Source: a virus
Taxonomy: Duplodnaviria > Caudoviricetes
Reading direction: 5' to 3' (one strand)
IMG/VR virus record: IMGVR_UViG_3300010160_001956
Span: 1-24,160 of that record
Length of the DNA: 24,160 nt
The notes under the pieces are model-generated. The model saw only the letters and a program-made list of their open reading frames with translations, did no database searches and was not told where the DNA came from. The position numbers and the translations under genes are program-made. Below are positions 16,109-24,160 of this stretch, one piece after another. Within the stretch, counting starts at the first letter, position 1, and every line of letters begins with the position of its first letter.

Positions 16109-17613
16109 TAGTCATACGCTCCAAAGTAGGAGAACTCCGGATTTTCTACGGGTTTCTCAGGGTTTCTTGTGGCATGCCTAACGGCAATAGCCAAAGCCAT
16201 TACTGCGTCTGTTTCAAGCTTCTTATCGTTTAGTTTGTAAGATAGGAGTTGCTTGCGCAGTTCAAGCCAAATACCAGCCTTTGGGAAAACCAGTTGACCT
16301 TTGTCAAGCATTGCCTTTAGATCGTTTAGAATCTCAACCTTCTTTGCTTTTGTCCCACCAAAATCAGTTCCCCTAAGAGGTCGGATGACCGAAAACTCTT
16401 GCTGGAATAGACGGCCACCAAGACCAGTAGAATCTACTGCCGTGGTGCAGAATGACTTCTTGTCATTATACAACAAATGGCTTTCTCGTACCATATTCAC
16501 TACGGACTGGATAGTTTGCTTACCAGTCCGGCGTCTTGCTCGGACTCCGCGTACGCGCACGCGATCAGAATAGTCAAGGACGATAGCCCATGTTGAGTCG
16601 GAAGCAATACCAGGGTCAACTCCTTGGACGTACCGATGTCCGACAGATGGTGCAGTTTCATCGTCAATATCTGCGTAGAAGCACTCTTCAATTGCCGACG
16701 ACGAGAAGAACGCTTCCCTTGCTTCAATAAAGTAGCCATCAATGTTTTGCGGAATAAGATACGCGTCTTGCTGCCTCAGAATGGCGTCGAATGTGTCCGT
16801 TCCTAAGCCGTAGCCTACGTTGTCCCTTGTTGACAGCCTGAAGCTGATGAACTGATCGTCGCGCAGTGGGTTCTCCGGATTTCCCCGTTCCCAAAGATCC
16901 GCATAGAAGTTCATTCCCTCTGTTGGAGTCCCAATGAAGTGCAATGGGCCGCCAGTAGAGAGACGCCGCAGGTTGAGAACCTCTTGGTAAATTAAGTCCA
17001 AATAAGGCTCGAATGCCGCTTCGTCGAAGGAGATCCCATGCATGTCCTTTCCAAGAAGCGCCTTTGCTTTGTCCTGCGTTGTCCGGAAGTGGATGTTTGC
17101 TCCTCCGAACGACGGATGAATCTTTATCCAAGGATACTCCCCCCTATACTTTTTGTCAAACGATGCCACAGCCCCAATTTCTTTGGTAACCGGGCAGCCT
17201 TTCCCTTTTTGCGCTGGGTGAATGCCGTCAAGAATCTGGACAAGTTCTCGGTACACCAGTTCTGCAGTTTCCTGCTGAATGCCAATATGATACCACTCAT
17301 AGGGTGAAGTTATCCACCGGTTTGCGTCTTCCGGAGTCCCGTCGGTTTTCTTGATACCGAGTTTATAGAAGGCATGATGGAAGCATACAACCGCCATCGC
17401 CAGCGTTTTCCCCGCACGATTGCCAGCGGATACGACGGTCGTGAGGTATCGTGGCCTCCAGCCGGAACCGTCGCGCTCTGCGCACGCACGCCACCACTTG
17501 ACCTGACCTGGGTTGCCGTTGATACCGAGCCAGCGAGCAGCAAAGAACTCGATGTCAGAGCGGCCGAGAGCCAAATCGCGTGCAACGGAGCCTTGGGATA
17601 GATCAAGTTTCAA
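16108..17613 (-). CDS. terL: Terminase large subunit
   Basis: Walker A VVSAGNRAGKT, Walker B GISFDEAA, motif III FIGTP, nuclease YVQGVDPG and ETDAVMALA. TTG start overlaps the upstream TGA. Confidence 0.93.
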   Translation of the reverse strand: MKLDLSQGSVARDLALGRSDIEFFAARWLGINGNPGQVKWWRACAERDGSGWRPRYLTTVVSAGNRAGKTLAMAVVCFHHAFYKLGIKKTDGTPEDANRWITSPYEWYHIGIQQETAELVYRELVQILDGIHPAQKGKGCPVTKEIGAVASFDKKYRGEYPWIKIHPSFGGANIHFRTTQDKAKALLGKDMHGISFDEAAFEPYLDLIYQEVLNLRRLSTGGPLHFIGTPTEGMNFYADLWERGNPENPLRDDQFISFRLSTRDNVGYGLGTDTFDAILRQQDAYLIPQNIDGYFIEAREAFFSSSAIEECFYADIDDETAPSVGHRYVQGVDPGIASDSTWAIVLDYSDRVRVRGVRARRRTGKQTIQSVVNMVRESHLLYNDKKSFCTTAVDSTGLGGRLFQQEFSVIRPLRGTDFGGTKAKKVEILNDLKAMLDKGQLVFPKAGIWLELRKQLLSYKLNDKKLETDAVMALAIAVRHATRNPEKPVENPEFSYFGAYD

Positions 17614-17915
17614 CCTTTATTTTTCAAACGACTACTAATTGCCTTTGCCTTAGACTTCGCATCAGACTTACTAGAAGCCCCCCATGCCTGAAGTGAAAGA
17701 AGCAACCGTGTTGGTTTGCCTTTCTCGTCTCTTTCTGGACCGGGCATATTCCCCATTCGGGCTAAAAACGAAGCCCTTCGCGGATTATCCCCCTTTTTTA
17801 CTGGAGCTCGCAGCGTGCCGCCGGTCTGTGCCTTGTAGGACGCTCGACCCTTAGCGTTGAGACCGCCCTTTGGGTTCTTACCCTCTTTGCGTGTCCATGC
17901 TGCTGTTTTTCGCAT
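17610..17915 (-). CDS. Small basic phage protein (resembles DUF6321-type family)
   Basis: 101 aa, AWTRKEGKNPKGGLNAKGRASY...RRASFLARM...PTRLLLSLQAWG, a pattern I recall from aquatic phages (family name from memory). Translationally coupled on both sides. Confidence 0.75.
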   Translation of the reverse strand: MRKTAAWTRKEGKNPKGGLNAKGRASYKAQTGGTLRAPVKKGDNPRRASFLARMGNMPGPERDEKGKPTRLLLSLQAWGASSKSDAKSKAKAISSRLKNKG

Positions 17916-18061
17916 TACTTCTTCCCCTTTGGCTTAGTGTGCGTAACCAACTTGCTTGCGGCAGTGTGCTTTGCACCAGTATGAACCTTGCCGTCCATCT
18001 TGTGAACTGGCCCCTTGTATTCCTTGCCGCTAGGCAAATAGTGCTTAGAAGATGCAGACAT
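17915..18061 (-). CDS. 48-aa His/Lys-rich small protein (not in ORF track)
   Basis: MSASSKHYLPSGKEYKGPVHKMDGKVHTGAKHTAASKLVTHTKPKGKK. GGGGAG SD upstream; stop overlaps the next ATG (TAATG); fills the gap exactly. Confidence 0.8.
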   Translation of the reverse strand: MSASSKHYLPSGKEYKGPVHKMDGKVHTGAKHTAASKLVTHTKPKGKK

Positions 18062-18063
18062 GA

Positions 18064-18276
18064 TTACTCCCCCTTGTAGCCAAATGCTACATCGTTAGGA
18101 TTAAGCCAGCGGATGACCACTGGAAGAATTGCGGCGAGTCCAGCCGCTAGGATGCTCTTGAATGCATCGCCGTTGATGTCAAATGCGGTGCTACCGAGTG
18201 CGAGAAACTGTGCTAGGCATGCAGCCAAAAAGGATCGTCCCCAAGATGCAAGCAGTGCTGTTCGTTCCTTATTCAT
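18064..18276 (-). CDS. Holin (70 aa, two hydrophobic helices)
   Basis: True start is probably ATG 18276 with AGGAG SD, not 18441. Sequence ASWGRSFLAACLAQFLAL...ILAAGLAAILPVVIRWLNPNDVAFG; follows the endolysin. Confidence 0.75.
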   Translation of the reverse strand: MNKERTALLASWGRSFLAACLAQFLALGSTAFDINGDAFKSILAAGLAAILPVVIRWLNPNDVAFGYKGE

Positions 18277-18284
18277 AGTGTCTC

Positions 18285-18851
18285 CTACTTCTTCACGATG
18301 ATGCAGCGCTTGTGCGGAGCATCGCCCTTGCTGGAGGCAATTGCCTTCAGTTCCTTTTCCGTCACTGAGACGGCGTACTTTTCCTTGCCCTTCCCGGTAA
18401 AGGTAGGGTCTGCAAATTGCCAGCCGTGGTCTTCGCACCACGAGGCGGCTACCATATGCCCGTACGTTGCCCCTTTATGGCGACCGATGTACCGGCTGTG
18501 CCACGAGCTGATTGCTTGCGGTGGATAGTTCTTTGCCGCGTCCACGTTGATGATGAGCGCCGCCCCTTTCTTTGCGCTTGCCACGCAGTCTTCCCAATCC
18601 TTCGGATATCGAGCGTTGGCGCCAAGTTCCTTGCAGGTTTTGATTAATTCCCATAGGCTTGATCCGTTGTCGCTAACCCCTTGCTTATCCTTGTATCCGG
18701 TCGCTCGCTCCTTTGCCTGGATACCGGCAAGAGCGTTTATGTCTGCGCCTAGAACCCACGAGGCGGCTGCTGCCGCGCTGGATGGGCCGCAATCGTCAAG
18801 TACGCCGCCAGCCTCTACGTGATCCAGTTGCGACCTGATTTGTAGTATCAC
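18285..18851 (-). CDS. C39-like cysteine peptidase, probable endolysin
   Basis: SQLD...DDCGPSSAA (Gln and catalytic Cys), YGHMV (His), FADP (Asp). Adjacent to the holin. Confidence 0.8.
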   Translation of the reverse strand: MILQIRSQLDHVEAGGVLDDCGPSSAAAAASWVLGADINALAGIQAKERATGYKDKQGVSDNGSSLWELIKTCKELGANARYPKDWEDCVASAKKGAALIINVDAAKNYPPQAISSWHSRYIGRHKGATYGHMVAASWCEDHGWQFADPTFTGKGKEKYAVSVTEKELKAIASSKGDAPHKRCIIVKK

Positions 18852-19408
18852 TTAATTCGTCTCCCGCATGCGCATACCTTGCGCTTATATTCTTTTTCCA
18901 CCACTTCTTTGGCGGTCTTGTACATCTTTGCCGCTTCCCTCTGGTAGAAGCCTACTTCTTCTTTAGAAAGGAACTCACGATGGAGTAGGAAAAGCCTGCG
19001 CGCCCACTCTTTGGTGTGACGATCCTGCGTCCAAAGATGCGCCAGTTCGTGGAGCGCCGTTTCAGGATGGTTATCGCAGAGAACGATGGTCTTCCTGCCC
19101 TCTTCGGCTTGACCAAGGTCACAATTGGGTGTGCGCCAATGGTGATGTAGCTCAATAGAGGACACCGGAATCTTGTGCTTGCGCGCTGCCCTTGAAGCCG
19201 TTTTCAGGCTCTTGCGCCATCCCTCGTAGTCCTGAGTTGTCATCCACCAAGAAGTCAGAAGTCTGAACGGGTACGTCTTCAGTTCCTTCGCCCGAACTGT
19301 CCAAGGCAAGATCCACAGAGGTACCTTCGACCACAGTAGATCCTCCCAGAATTCCCGCAAGTGCCATAGTAAGTTCCCGGTCACTGCTTTTCTCCTGCCT
19401 TCTATCAA
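18848..19408 (-). CDS. Zincin-like metallopeptidase (SprT/YgjP-like HExxH); start uncertain (possibly ATG 19243)
   Basis: LGQA...TIVL...TALHELAHLWTQDRHTKEW (HExxH plus a third His). The stop overlaps the endolysin start (GTGA). The 5' part overlaps the terS-like ORF. Confidence 0.7.
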   Translation of the reverse strand: MIEGRRKAVTGNLLWHLREFWEDLLWSKVPLWILPWTVRAKELKTYPFRLLTSWWMTTQDYEGWRKSLKTASRAARKHKIPVSSIELHHHWRTPNCDLGQAEEGRKTIVLCDNHPETALHELAHLWTQDRHTKEWARRLFLLHREFLSKEEVGFYQREAAKMYKTAKEVVEKEYKRKVCACGRRIK

Positions 19409-19760
19409 TAATTTCCTGAGCCCTAAGTCCCTCTGAGAGCGTTGGCGTTAGGTGTCCGGCTTCAACCAGATTAGATACCTGATCCCGGACTAGTGAGGCA
19501 AGGTCTCCCTTGAACTTAATAGTCCCCTGTTGCTTCTTAAGAATTTGAGCTGCAGCAATCCTAGCCGTCTCGTGTTCCGTAGTCAAATGCTCACGCTTAT
19601 GCTTGCCAAGAGTAATTCGACTAATGTAATTGCCTTCCTGCTTAAGCCAGTTGGCAATATCAATGTCACTCATTCCTTGGGCCATTCTGCGGTTAATCAT
19701 GTCAACCAAAGGGCTTCTACAGACGTGGCACCCCGTCAGGACGGGGGCTAGTTCTGTCAC
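19152..19760 (-). CDS. Zn-finger/HTH DNA-binding protein, putative terminase small subunit
   Basis: CHVC...GMSDIDIANWL...ISRITLGKHKREH (CxxC, HTH, HxxxH), followed by a helical region and an acidic tail. GTG start is coupled to the upstream TGA; lies upstream of terL. Confidence 0.6.
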   Translation of the reverse strand: MTELAPVLTGCHVCRSPLVDMINRRMAQGMSDIDIANWLKQEGNYISRITLGKHKREHLTTEHETARIAAAQILKKQQGTIKFKGDLASLVRDQVSNLVEAGHLTPTLSEGLRAQEIIDRRQEKSSDRELTMALAGILGGSTVVEGTSVDLALDSSGEGTEDVPVQTSDFLVDDNSGLRGMAQEPENGFKGSAQAQDSGVLY

Positions 19761-19894
19761 TCAACGACCTCTGGCTCTGGATCAGGGTATCGCTCGTTCT
19801 TGCCGACGACCTTCCCTGTCTCAGCGTCTCGCACGATCTCCACGAGCATCCCAGTCTCTGGGTCTAGGTAGGCTGGTTCAGTGATGACTGCCAT
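19757..19894 (-). CDS. 45-aa acidic protein, possible fibre-associated/assembly factor (not in ORF track)
   Basis: MAVITEPAYLDPETGMLVEIVRDAETGKVVGKNERYPDPEPEVVE. GGAGG SD; TAATG coupling upstream and GTGA coupling downstream. Confidence 0.75.
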   Translation of the reverse strand: MAVITEPAYLDPETGMLVEIVRDAETGKVVGKNERYPDPEPEVVE

Positions 19895-20934
19895 TATGAG
19901 ACCTCCGCATAGAATCCACCGCCAGTTCCAGCGATTCCAGCACTAGAACTAGCCACCAAGTCTGATTGTGCAGCCTGGGCGTAGTTCTGTCCGCCAGTTG
20001 CTGCATTTGCTGAGGTGTTTAATCTCAATGTAGCACCTACGATATTTGATACTGTTGTTGCAACAACAATAACTGAAATCCAATACTCTGTCCCAGCCGT
20101 TAGTGTATATGTCGCTGGGTATCCACCAGTTGTATCAAGTGCGCGGGTATACTTTGTACTAATGGCGCTAAAGATACTTGTATCATTTGCCGTTCTTGCT
20201 ACAAGGGTAAATGTAGTGCCGCTTCTTGTATAGATTCCAAACCTTACAGACGTTGCAGCAGTATTTGCAGTTGTTCCAGAAATAAACGAAATATTACTTA
20301 CGGTGAAGTTTTTATATGGTGTTAGTTTACTGTGATTGATTGATCCACTTGCTGGGTTGGAGTTTGTTGTCAAAACAAAAAGAGGTAGATTTCCAATAAC
20401 TCCAGAACTTCCAAACTGACTTGTTCCATCCGGCGTGCCAGCTACTGCCGCATCAGCCGTAGCCTGTGCTGTAGCGGCATCGGTGACCCCTGTTGATCCT
20501 CTGTCATAGGCTGACTTCACTGCCGTTGGTGTTGCGGCAAGGATGCTGCTCGTTGTCGAGGTGGAGTCACTGAGGATGACCACACCAGCAGATGTGGTGG
20601 AGGCACTGATGACCCCAACAGTAATGGCGCTAGTACCAGATACGGTGATTGGGGATGTACCAAGAACAGTCGTGATTCCACCACTAACGCCAAAATTACC
20701 AGTTGCCGTCCCGGTAAGTACAACATCCCCCACGGTAAGTGTGGAAACTTGAATATTCCCAGTGGTTGGAGTTTCGGTAATAACGATATAACCACGATTG
20801 ATTTCGTATGACCAGTCGCTAGTGAACTCGTCGTACATTTCATCAGGAATGCTAAAGGACGAGTTCTCATTGCCGAGGAAGTCGTGTTTTCTCCAGCGTG
20901 AGTTGATTGGTCTTACCGATGTAAACTTAGCCAT
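19894..20934 (-). CDS. Tail fibre / receptor-binding protein, paralog B
   Basis: 346 aa, Thr/Ser/Gly/Ala-rich. ASTTSAGVVILSDSTSTTSSILAATPTAVKSAYD matches the phage tail-fibre repeat (Phage_fiber_2 type); beta-rich C-terminal domain. Confidence 0.75.
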   Translation of the reverse strand: MAKFTSVRPINSRWRKHDFLGNENSSFSIPDEMYDEFTSDWSYEINRGYIVITETPTTGNIQVSTLTVGDVVLTGTATGNFGVSGGITTVLGTSPITVSGTSAITVGVISASTTSAGVVILSDSTSTTSSILAATPTAVKSAYDRGSTGVTDAATAQATADAAVAGTPDGTSQFGSSGVIGNLPLFVLTTNSNPASGSINHSKLTPYKNFTVSNISFISGTTANTAATSVRFGIYTRSGTTFTLVARTANDTSIFSAISTKYTRALDTTGGYPATYTLTAGTEYWISVIVVATTVSNIVGATLRLNTSANAATGGQNYAQAAQSDLVASSSAGIAGTGGGFYAEVS

Positions 20935-21971
20935 TATGAGACCTCCGCATAGTATCCATTCGCTGTTGCTGCTGCCGTTCCTGTTGACGATGTTACCAGG
21001 TCTGATTGTGCAGTCTGGGTATATTGCTGTACTCCCGTTGCCGCGTTGGCTGCACTTGACGTTCTTAGTGTTCCGGACACGAATGGAGCCACGGTGCCAT
21101 TCTGAATGACAGAGATGAAATATTCGGTTCCAGCGGTCATTGTATATGTTGCTGGATACCCTCCAGTTGTATCAAGTGCGCGGGTATACTTAGTAGAAGA
21201 CGCTTGAAATAGCGTTACATCGCTTGCTGTTCTTGCAACAAGGGTAAATGTCGTTCCGCTCCTTGTATAGATTCCCATCCTAGCAACTGTTAGAACTCCT
21301 GCGGCACTTGAGCCAGTAACAAGCGCAAGATTGCTTATGGTTATAGTTTTATGCGGCGTTATTTTGTTGTGTACGATCATTCCAGATGACGGTGAGCTTG
21401 AAATAGTCAAAACATAACGAGGTAGAGTTGCCGTAACGCCAGAAGTCCCAAACTGGCTAAACTCATAGTTTGCTGAAGCCACTGCCGCATCAGCCGTAGC
21501 CTGTGCTGTAGCGGCATCGGTGACCCCTGTTGAGCCTCGGTCATAGGCGCTTTTTACTGCGGTTGGGGTGGCGGCAAGGATGCTGCTTGTGGTAGTCACT
21601 GAGTCACTGAGGATGACTGCACCAGCAGATGTGGTGGAGGCACTGATGATGCCAACTGTGATGGCAGTTGTGCCAGATGTGGTGATTGGTGATGTCCCAG
21701 ATACCGATGTAACCCCACTACCAGCGCCAAAACTACCAGTTGCCGTCCCGGTAAGTACAATATCCCCAACGGTAAGTGTGGCAACTTGAATATTTCCCGT
21801 GGTTGGTGTTTCGGTAAAAACAATATCGCCACGACCGATTTCGTACGACCAATCCTGAATGAACTCATCGTACATTGCGTCAGGGATGCTAAAGGACGAG
21901 TTCTCATTGCCGAGGAAGTCTTGGTTCCTCCAGCGTGAGTTGATTCGTTTCACCGATGTAAACTTAGCCAT
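20934..21971 (-). CDS. Tail fibre / receptor-binding protein, paralog A
   Basis: 345 aa, colinear with paralog B; carries the same fibre repeat (AGAVILSDSVTTTSSILAATPTAVKSAYD). Confidence 0.75.
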   Translation of the reverse strand: MAKFTSVKRINSRWRNQDFLGNENSSFSIPDAMYDEFIQDWSYEIGRGDIVFTETPTTGNIQVATLTVGDIVLTGTATGSFGAGSGVTSVSGTSPITTSGTTAITVGIISASTTSAGAVILSDSVTTTSSILAATPTAVKSAYDRGSTGVTDAATAQATADAAVASANYEFSQFGTSGVTATLPRYVLTISSSPSSGMIVHNKITPHKTITISNLALVTGSSAAGVLTVARMGIYTRSGTTFTLVARTASDVTLFQASSTKYTRALDTTGGYPATYTMTAGTEYFISVIQNGTVAPFVSGTLRTSSAANAATGVQQYTQTAQSDLVTSSTGTAAATANGYYAEVS

Positions 21972-21991
21972 TATTCACTTTCAGTTGACGA

Positions 21992-22034
21992 CTCGGCGGG
22001 GAGAAGCGGGGGAGCACTTCTGCGACCCGCCGAG
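21992..22034. promoter_or_regulatory. Two-tier GC-rich intergenic stem-loop upstream of the fibre genes
   Basis: ctcggcggg (21992-22000) pairs with cccgccgag (22026-22034); inner agaag (22002-22006) pairs with cttct (22017-22021). No U-tract. Confidence 0.55.
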
Positions 22035-22040
22035 ACGATT

Positions 22041-23093
22041 TTAGTAGCCCCTCTTAGGGCCAAATCGCTTCCACATTATGTATTTGTGTTCTGGGGGGTT
22101 CCTTGGGTCTCTCATAAAATCAATAACCATGCGGGTCTGAAATGCTCCCTTGCTTAATCCTAAGCTGCGTTGAAATGACTCATAGTCAGAAATGTTTCCG
22201 CTTAACATATCCCCGGCATGCCTCATCGCCTGGGAAAGATTGCCAGCACCAACCGCCAAACCGCCAAACGATCCTGGTCCCCACGCCTTCTTAAAGGCCT
22301 CTGGAACAGTGTTTCCTCCCTTGATTGGCTCAAATTTAGATCCTGTTGGCTTTAGCGGAGCCGGAGGAGTTACGCGGACGCTTGGATTTACTGGAAGATT
22401 AACCTCTGGACGCTTAAAAACTGTACCGTCGCCACCAATGCTACGAATGTCACGATTGAGCATACCAATATTGTTGCCATACTCGCCAGTCAATCTGCCA
22501 ACAACAGCTTTCCTAACGTCTGAAATAGAACTTCCAGCATATTGCGCACTATTGCTAATGTATTCTGAAAGCCCTCCCTTAAGTGTTGAAGACATTCTTG
22601 ATCGAATTTCAGAGATGTACTTTCCAGTAGATGCTGCCGTTCTTGTTGCTGAAGCGCCGGCAGAGTACGCGTTAGTAAGTCGATACGCTTCAGCCTTTGG
22701 GGCTACTCCAGTCCTTCCTTCGTACAAATACTCTGAACCCATAGGATTTAGTCCAGTCCCCGGCTTAATCCTAGCCCCAGTCACTTTGTCGCGTGGAATA
22801 TTTGGGGAAACACTCTTAGACACGCCGCCTTGTGGATCCTTTGAACTGCCAACGTACCTACCAATTTCTGCATGCATTTCCTTATACGGTTCATAGTATT
22901 TTGCTTCCCAGTCAAGAACGCGCTGCTGCATTGCTTGAACCGTTTTTGCCGGCGCGTTCGCTTTAATTGCCAATTCTGGGCCAATGCGCTGGACATTCCT
23001 CATGTCCCTCATTGCCGCCATGCCTTGCTCGCGCTGCTTGCGCAGCCAATCAAGCTCCTCAAGTCCGGTTCTAACTCGTCGCGGGGTTGCCAT
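22041..23093 (-). CDS. Hypothetical basic Gly/Arg-rich protein (350 aa)
   Basis: AAGGAG SD, co-oriented with the operon and tightly packed; no recognised domain. Confidence 0.75.
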   Translation of the reverse strand: MATPRRVRTGLEELDWLRKQREQGMAAMRDMRNVQRIGPELAIKANAPAKTVQAMQQRVLDWEAKYYEPYKEMHAEIGRYVGSSKDPQGGVSKSVSPNIPRDKVTGARIKPGTGLNPMGSEYLYEGRTGVAPKAEAYRLTNAYSAGASATRTAASTGKYISEIRSRMSSTLKGGLSEYISNSAQYAGSSISDVRKAVVGRLTGEYGNNIGMLNRDIRSIGGDGTVFKRPEVNLPVNPSVRVTPPAPLKPTGSKFEPIKGGNTVPEAFKKAWGPGSFGGLAVGAGNLSQAMRHAGDMLSGNISDYESFQRSLGLSKGAFQTRMVIDFMRDPRNPPEHKYIMWKRFGPKRGY

Positions 23094-23101
23094 GTTGCTC
23101 C

Positions 23102-23536
23102 TTACTTCTTTTTAGGCGCTCTATCATATATGCCGCCACTGCCACCGCCGCCGACGCGACCATAATCACGTTCTTGACCCATGCCCCATAAGTCATCAAT
23201 ACCACCAGAAAAACTTTGCAGACCAGCAAGTCCAACCCCTCCAATAAAGAACCCGCCAAGTTTTCCAGAGTTTCCCTTGGACAGAGGATTGCTGCGCGTA
23301 ACCTTCGGTGCGCCGGGAGCGTCATCAAGGCGCATCTGCCCCCTGCGCTCTGCCTCTTGGATAGCCCGTTGCGCTGGAGTTCCAGACCATGCGCGCATAT
23401 TCTGCTGCTGTCTTCGGGCAAATTCAATCTTCTTAATCTGCGACCTAGTCAACTTGCGCTTTGGGGTAGCGCCAAACAGTGTAAACTGCGCCGGCTTGCG
23501 CGGCTTAGGTTTCCCGTACTCGTTGTCCTGCCCCAT
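23102..23536 (-). CDS. Hypothetical very basic protein (144 aa)
   Basis: TAATG-coupled start; Lys/Arg-rich N-terminal half, Gly-rich mildly hydrophobic C-terminal half. Confidence 0.7.
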   Translation of the reverse strand: MGQDNEYGKPKPRKPAQFTLFGATPKRKLTRSQIKKIEFARRQQQNMRAWSGTPAQRAIQEAERRGQMRLDDAPGAPKVTRSNPLSKGNSGKLGGFFIGGVGLAGLQSFSGGIDDLWGMGQERDYGRVGGGGSGGIYDRAPKKK

Positions 23537-24160
23537 TACTTAATGAATCTCCTGTCCCTCACCTTACCGCGAATAAAGTCCATGACCTCAGCCTGATAGG
23601 TAGCTGGGTCTAGTCTACCAGCAACTCCAGTCCTGCTGAAGTTGTACGGCTGGTATGTTCGTGGGAAATAATACTCTCCGCCTGTCTGCATGCCGGCTGA
23701 AAGCCGGCGGCGAACGGTTGCTTCTTCTAGCAGTTCGGCAACTTTTCGTGCGGTATCTTGTTGGGCAATTGACAATCCGTTTTCTATAAGTGTTTTTCTA
23801 GGGCTAATTCTGCTGTACATTGCACTAACAATGGGAGTAACTGCACGAAGGTTTGGAGACTTAATGTATCCACCGGCTGGTACTCCACCTGGATAGAGAG
23901 ATCCTGGATCTCGATACCGAGCAATTTTCTGGGCGGCAATTGTAGCTGGAGTTGAATCAGCAACGGAAGTAAATACTTCTCGTGCTCTGCCATACTCCTG
24001 TGTAAAAGTATTAGGTCTAGACCGAAGTCCGCCCTTCGCCATAATGCGGGAAATTTCTCTCCCCAATTCTCCCGCTGCCGCTCGGTCAATTACGGCATTT
24101 GCTGCGGTTTCCCCGCTACGGTATACTACCTGAGACCCCTGATCTAGATTTCTTGTAACT
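23536..24160 (-). CDS. Hypothetical Arg-rich protein, 5' end truncated by window edge (>207 aa)
   Basis: The frame of track ORF 23536..24066 stays open to the window end (VTRNLDQGSQVVYRSGETAANAVIDRAAAGELGREIS...), so TTG 24066 is probably not the start. Confidence 0.7.
   Translation of the reverse strand, partial: VTRNLDQGSQVVYRSGETAANAVIDRAAAGELGREISRIMAKGGLRSRPNTFTQEYGRAREVFTSVADSTPATIAAQKIARYRDPGSLYPGGVPAGGYIKSPNLRAVTPIVSAMYSRISPRKTLIENGLSIAQQDTARKVAELLEEATVRRRLSAGMQTGGEYYFPRTYQPYNFSRTGVAGRLDPATYQAEVMDFIRGKVRDRRFIK

Larger units (their letters stand above)
19890..21971. repeat. Diverged tandem duplication, two copies of ~1.04 kb
   Basis: Exact blocks include 53 nt at 20444-20496 = 21481-21533 and the 23-nt junction gccattatgagacctccgcatag at 19890-19912 = 20930-20952. 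Confidence 0.95.

Noticed and set aside
18277-18441. N-terminal extension of the holin as listed in the track (125 aa)
   Set aside because: It overlaps the endolysin out of frame; ATG 18276 has a strong AGGAG SD just after the endolysin stop.
19894-21971. Fibre paralogs as a diversity-generating retroelement TR/VR pair
   Set aside because: Differences are not adenine-specific (for example TCG versus AGT Ser codons), both copies are full genes, and no reverse transcriptase is in the window.
22192-22896. 234-aa plus-strand ORF and the other plus-strand ORFs in the track
   Set aside because: They are antisense shadows of well-coupled minus-strand genes, with no motifs and no independent SD or operon context.
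1-24160. tRNA, CRISPR array, intron/intein, integrase or stop-codon recoding
   Set aside because: Genes tile the strand almost without gaps under the standard code, TAA, TGA and TAG all serve as stops, terL has normal length, and I saw no repeat-spacer or cloverleaf pattern.

Overview
The window is a contiguous minus-strand virion-morphogenesis (late) region of a tailed dsDNA phage, about 50% GC by eye. It resembles uncultured freshwater podovirus-like phages; the host is uncertain but possibly monoderm. In transcription order (right to left): three basic Gly/Arg-rich hypothetical proteins (the first is cut by the window edge); two tandem paralogous tail-fibre genes; a 45-aa ORF; a Zn/HTH putative small terminase overlapped by an HExxH zincin; a C39-like endolysin; a holin; two small Lys-rich proteins; large terminase; a portal with a long N-terminal extension; an 804-aa putative ejection protein; a 2904-aa giant protein; scaffold; an N4-gp56-type major capsid protein; and a GT-B glycosyltransferase. 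The glycosyltransferase is missing from the ORF track and runs off the left edge. The main discovery candidate is the 2904-aa protein, encoded between portal and scaffold. It carries an R-S-ExE-type ADP-ribosyltransferase domain directly followed by a HipA/PI3-4K-like kinase domain, which suggests a packaged, injected dual-PTM effector. The second candidate is the glycosyltransferase next to a capsid with Thr-rich segments, suggesting virion glycosylation. All assignments come from motif reading only; no searches were run.
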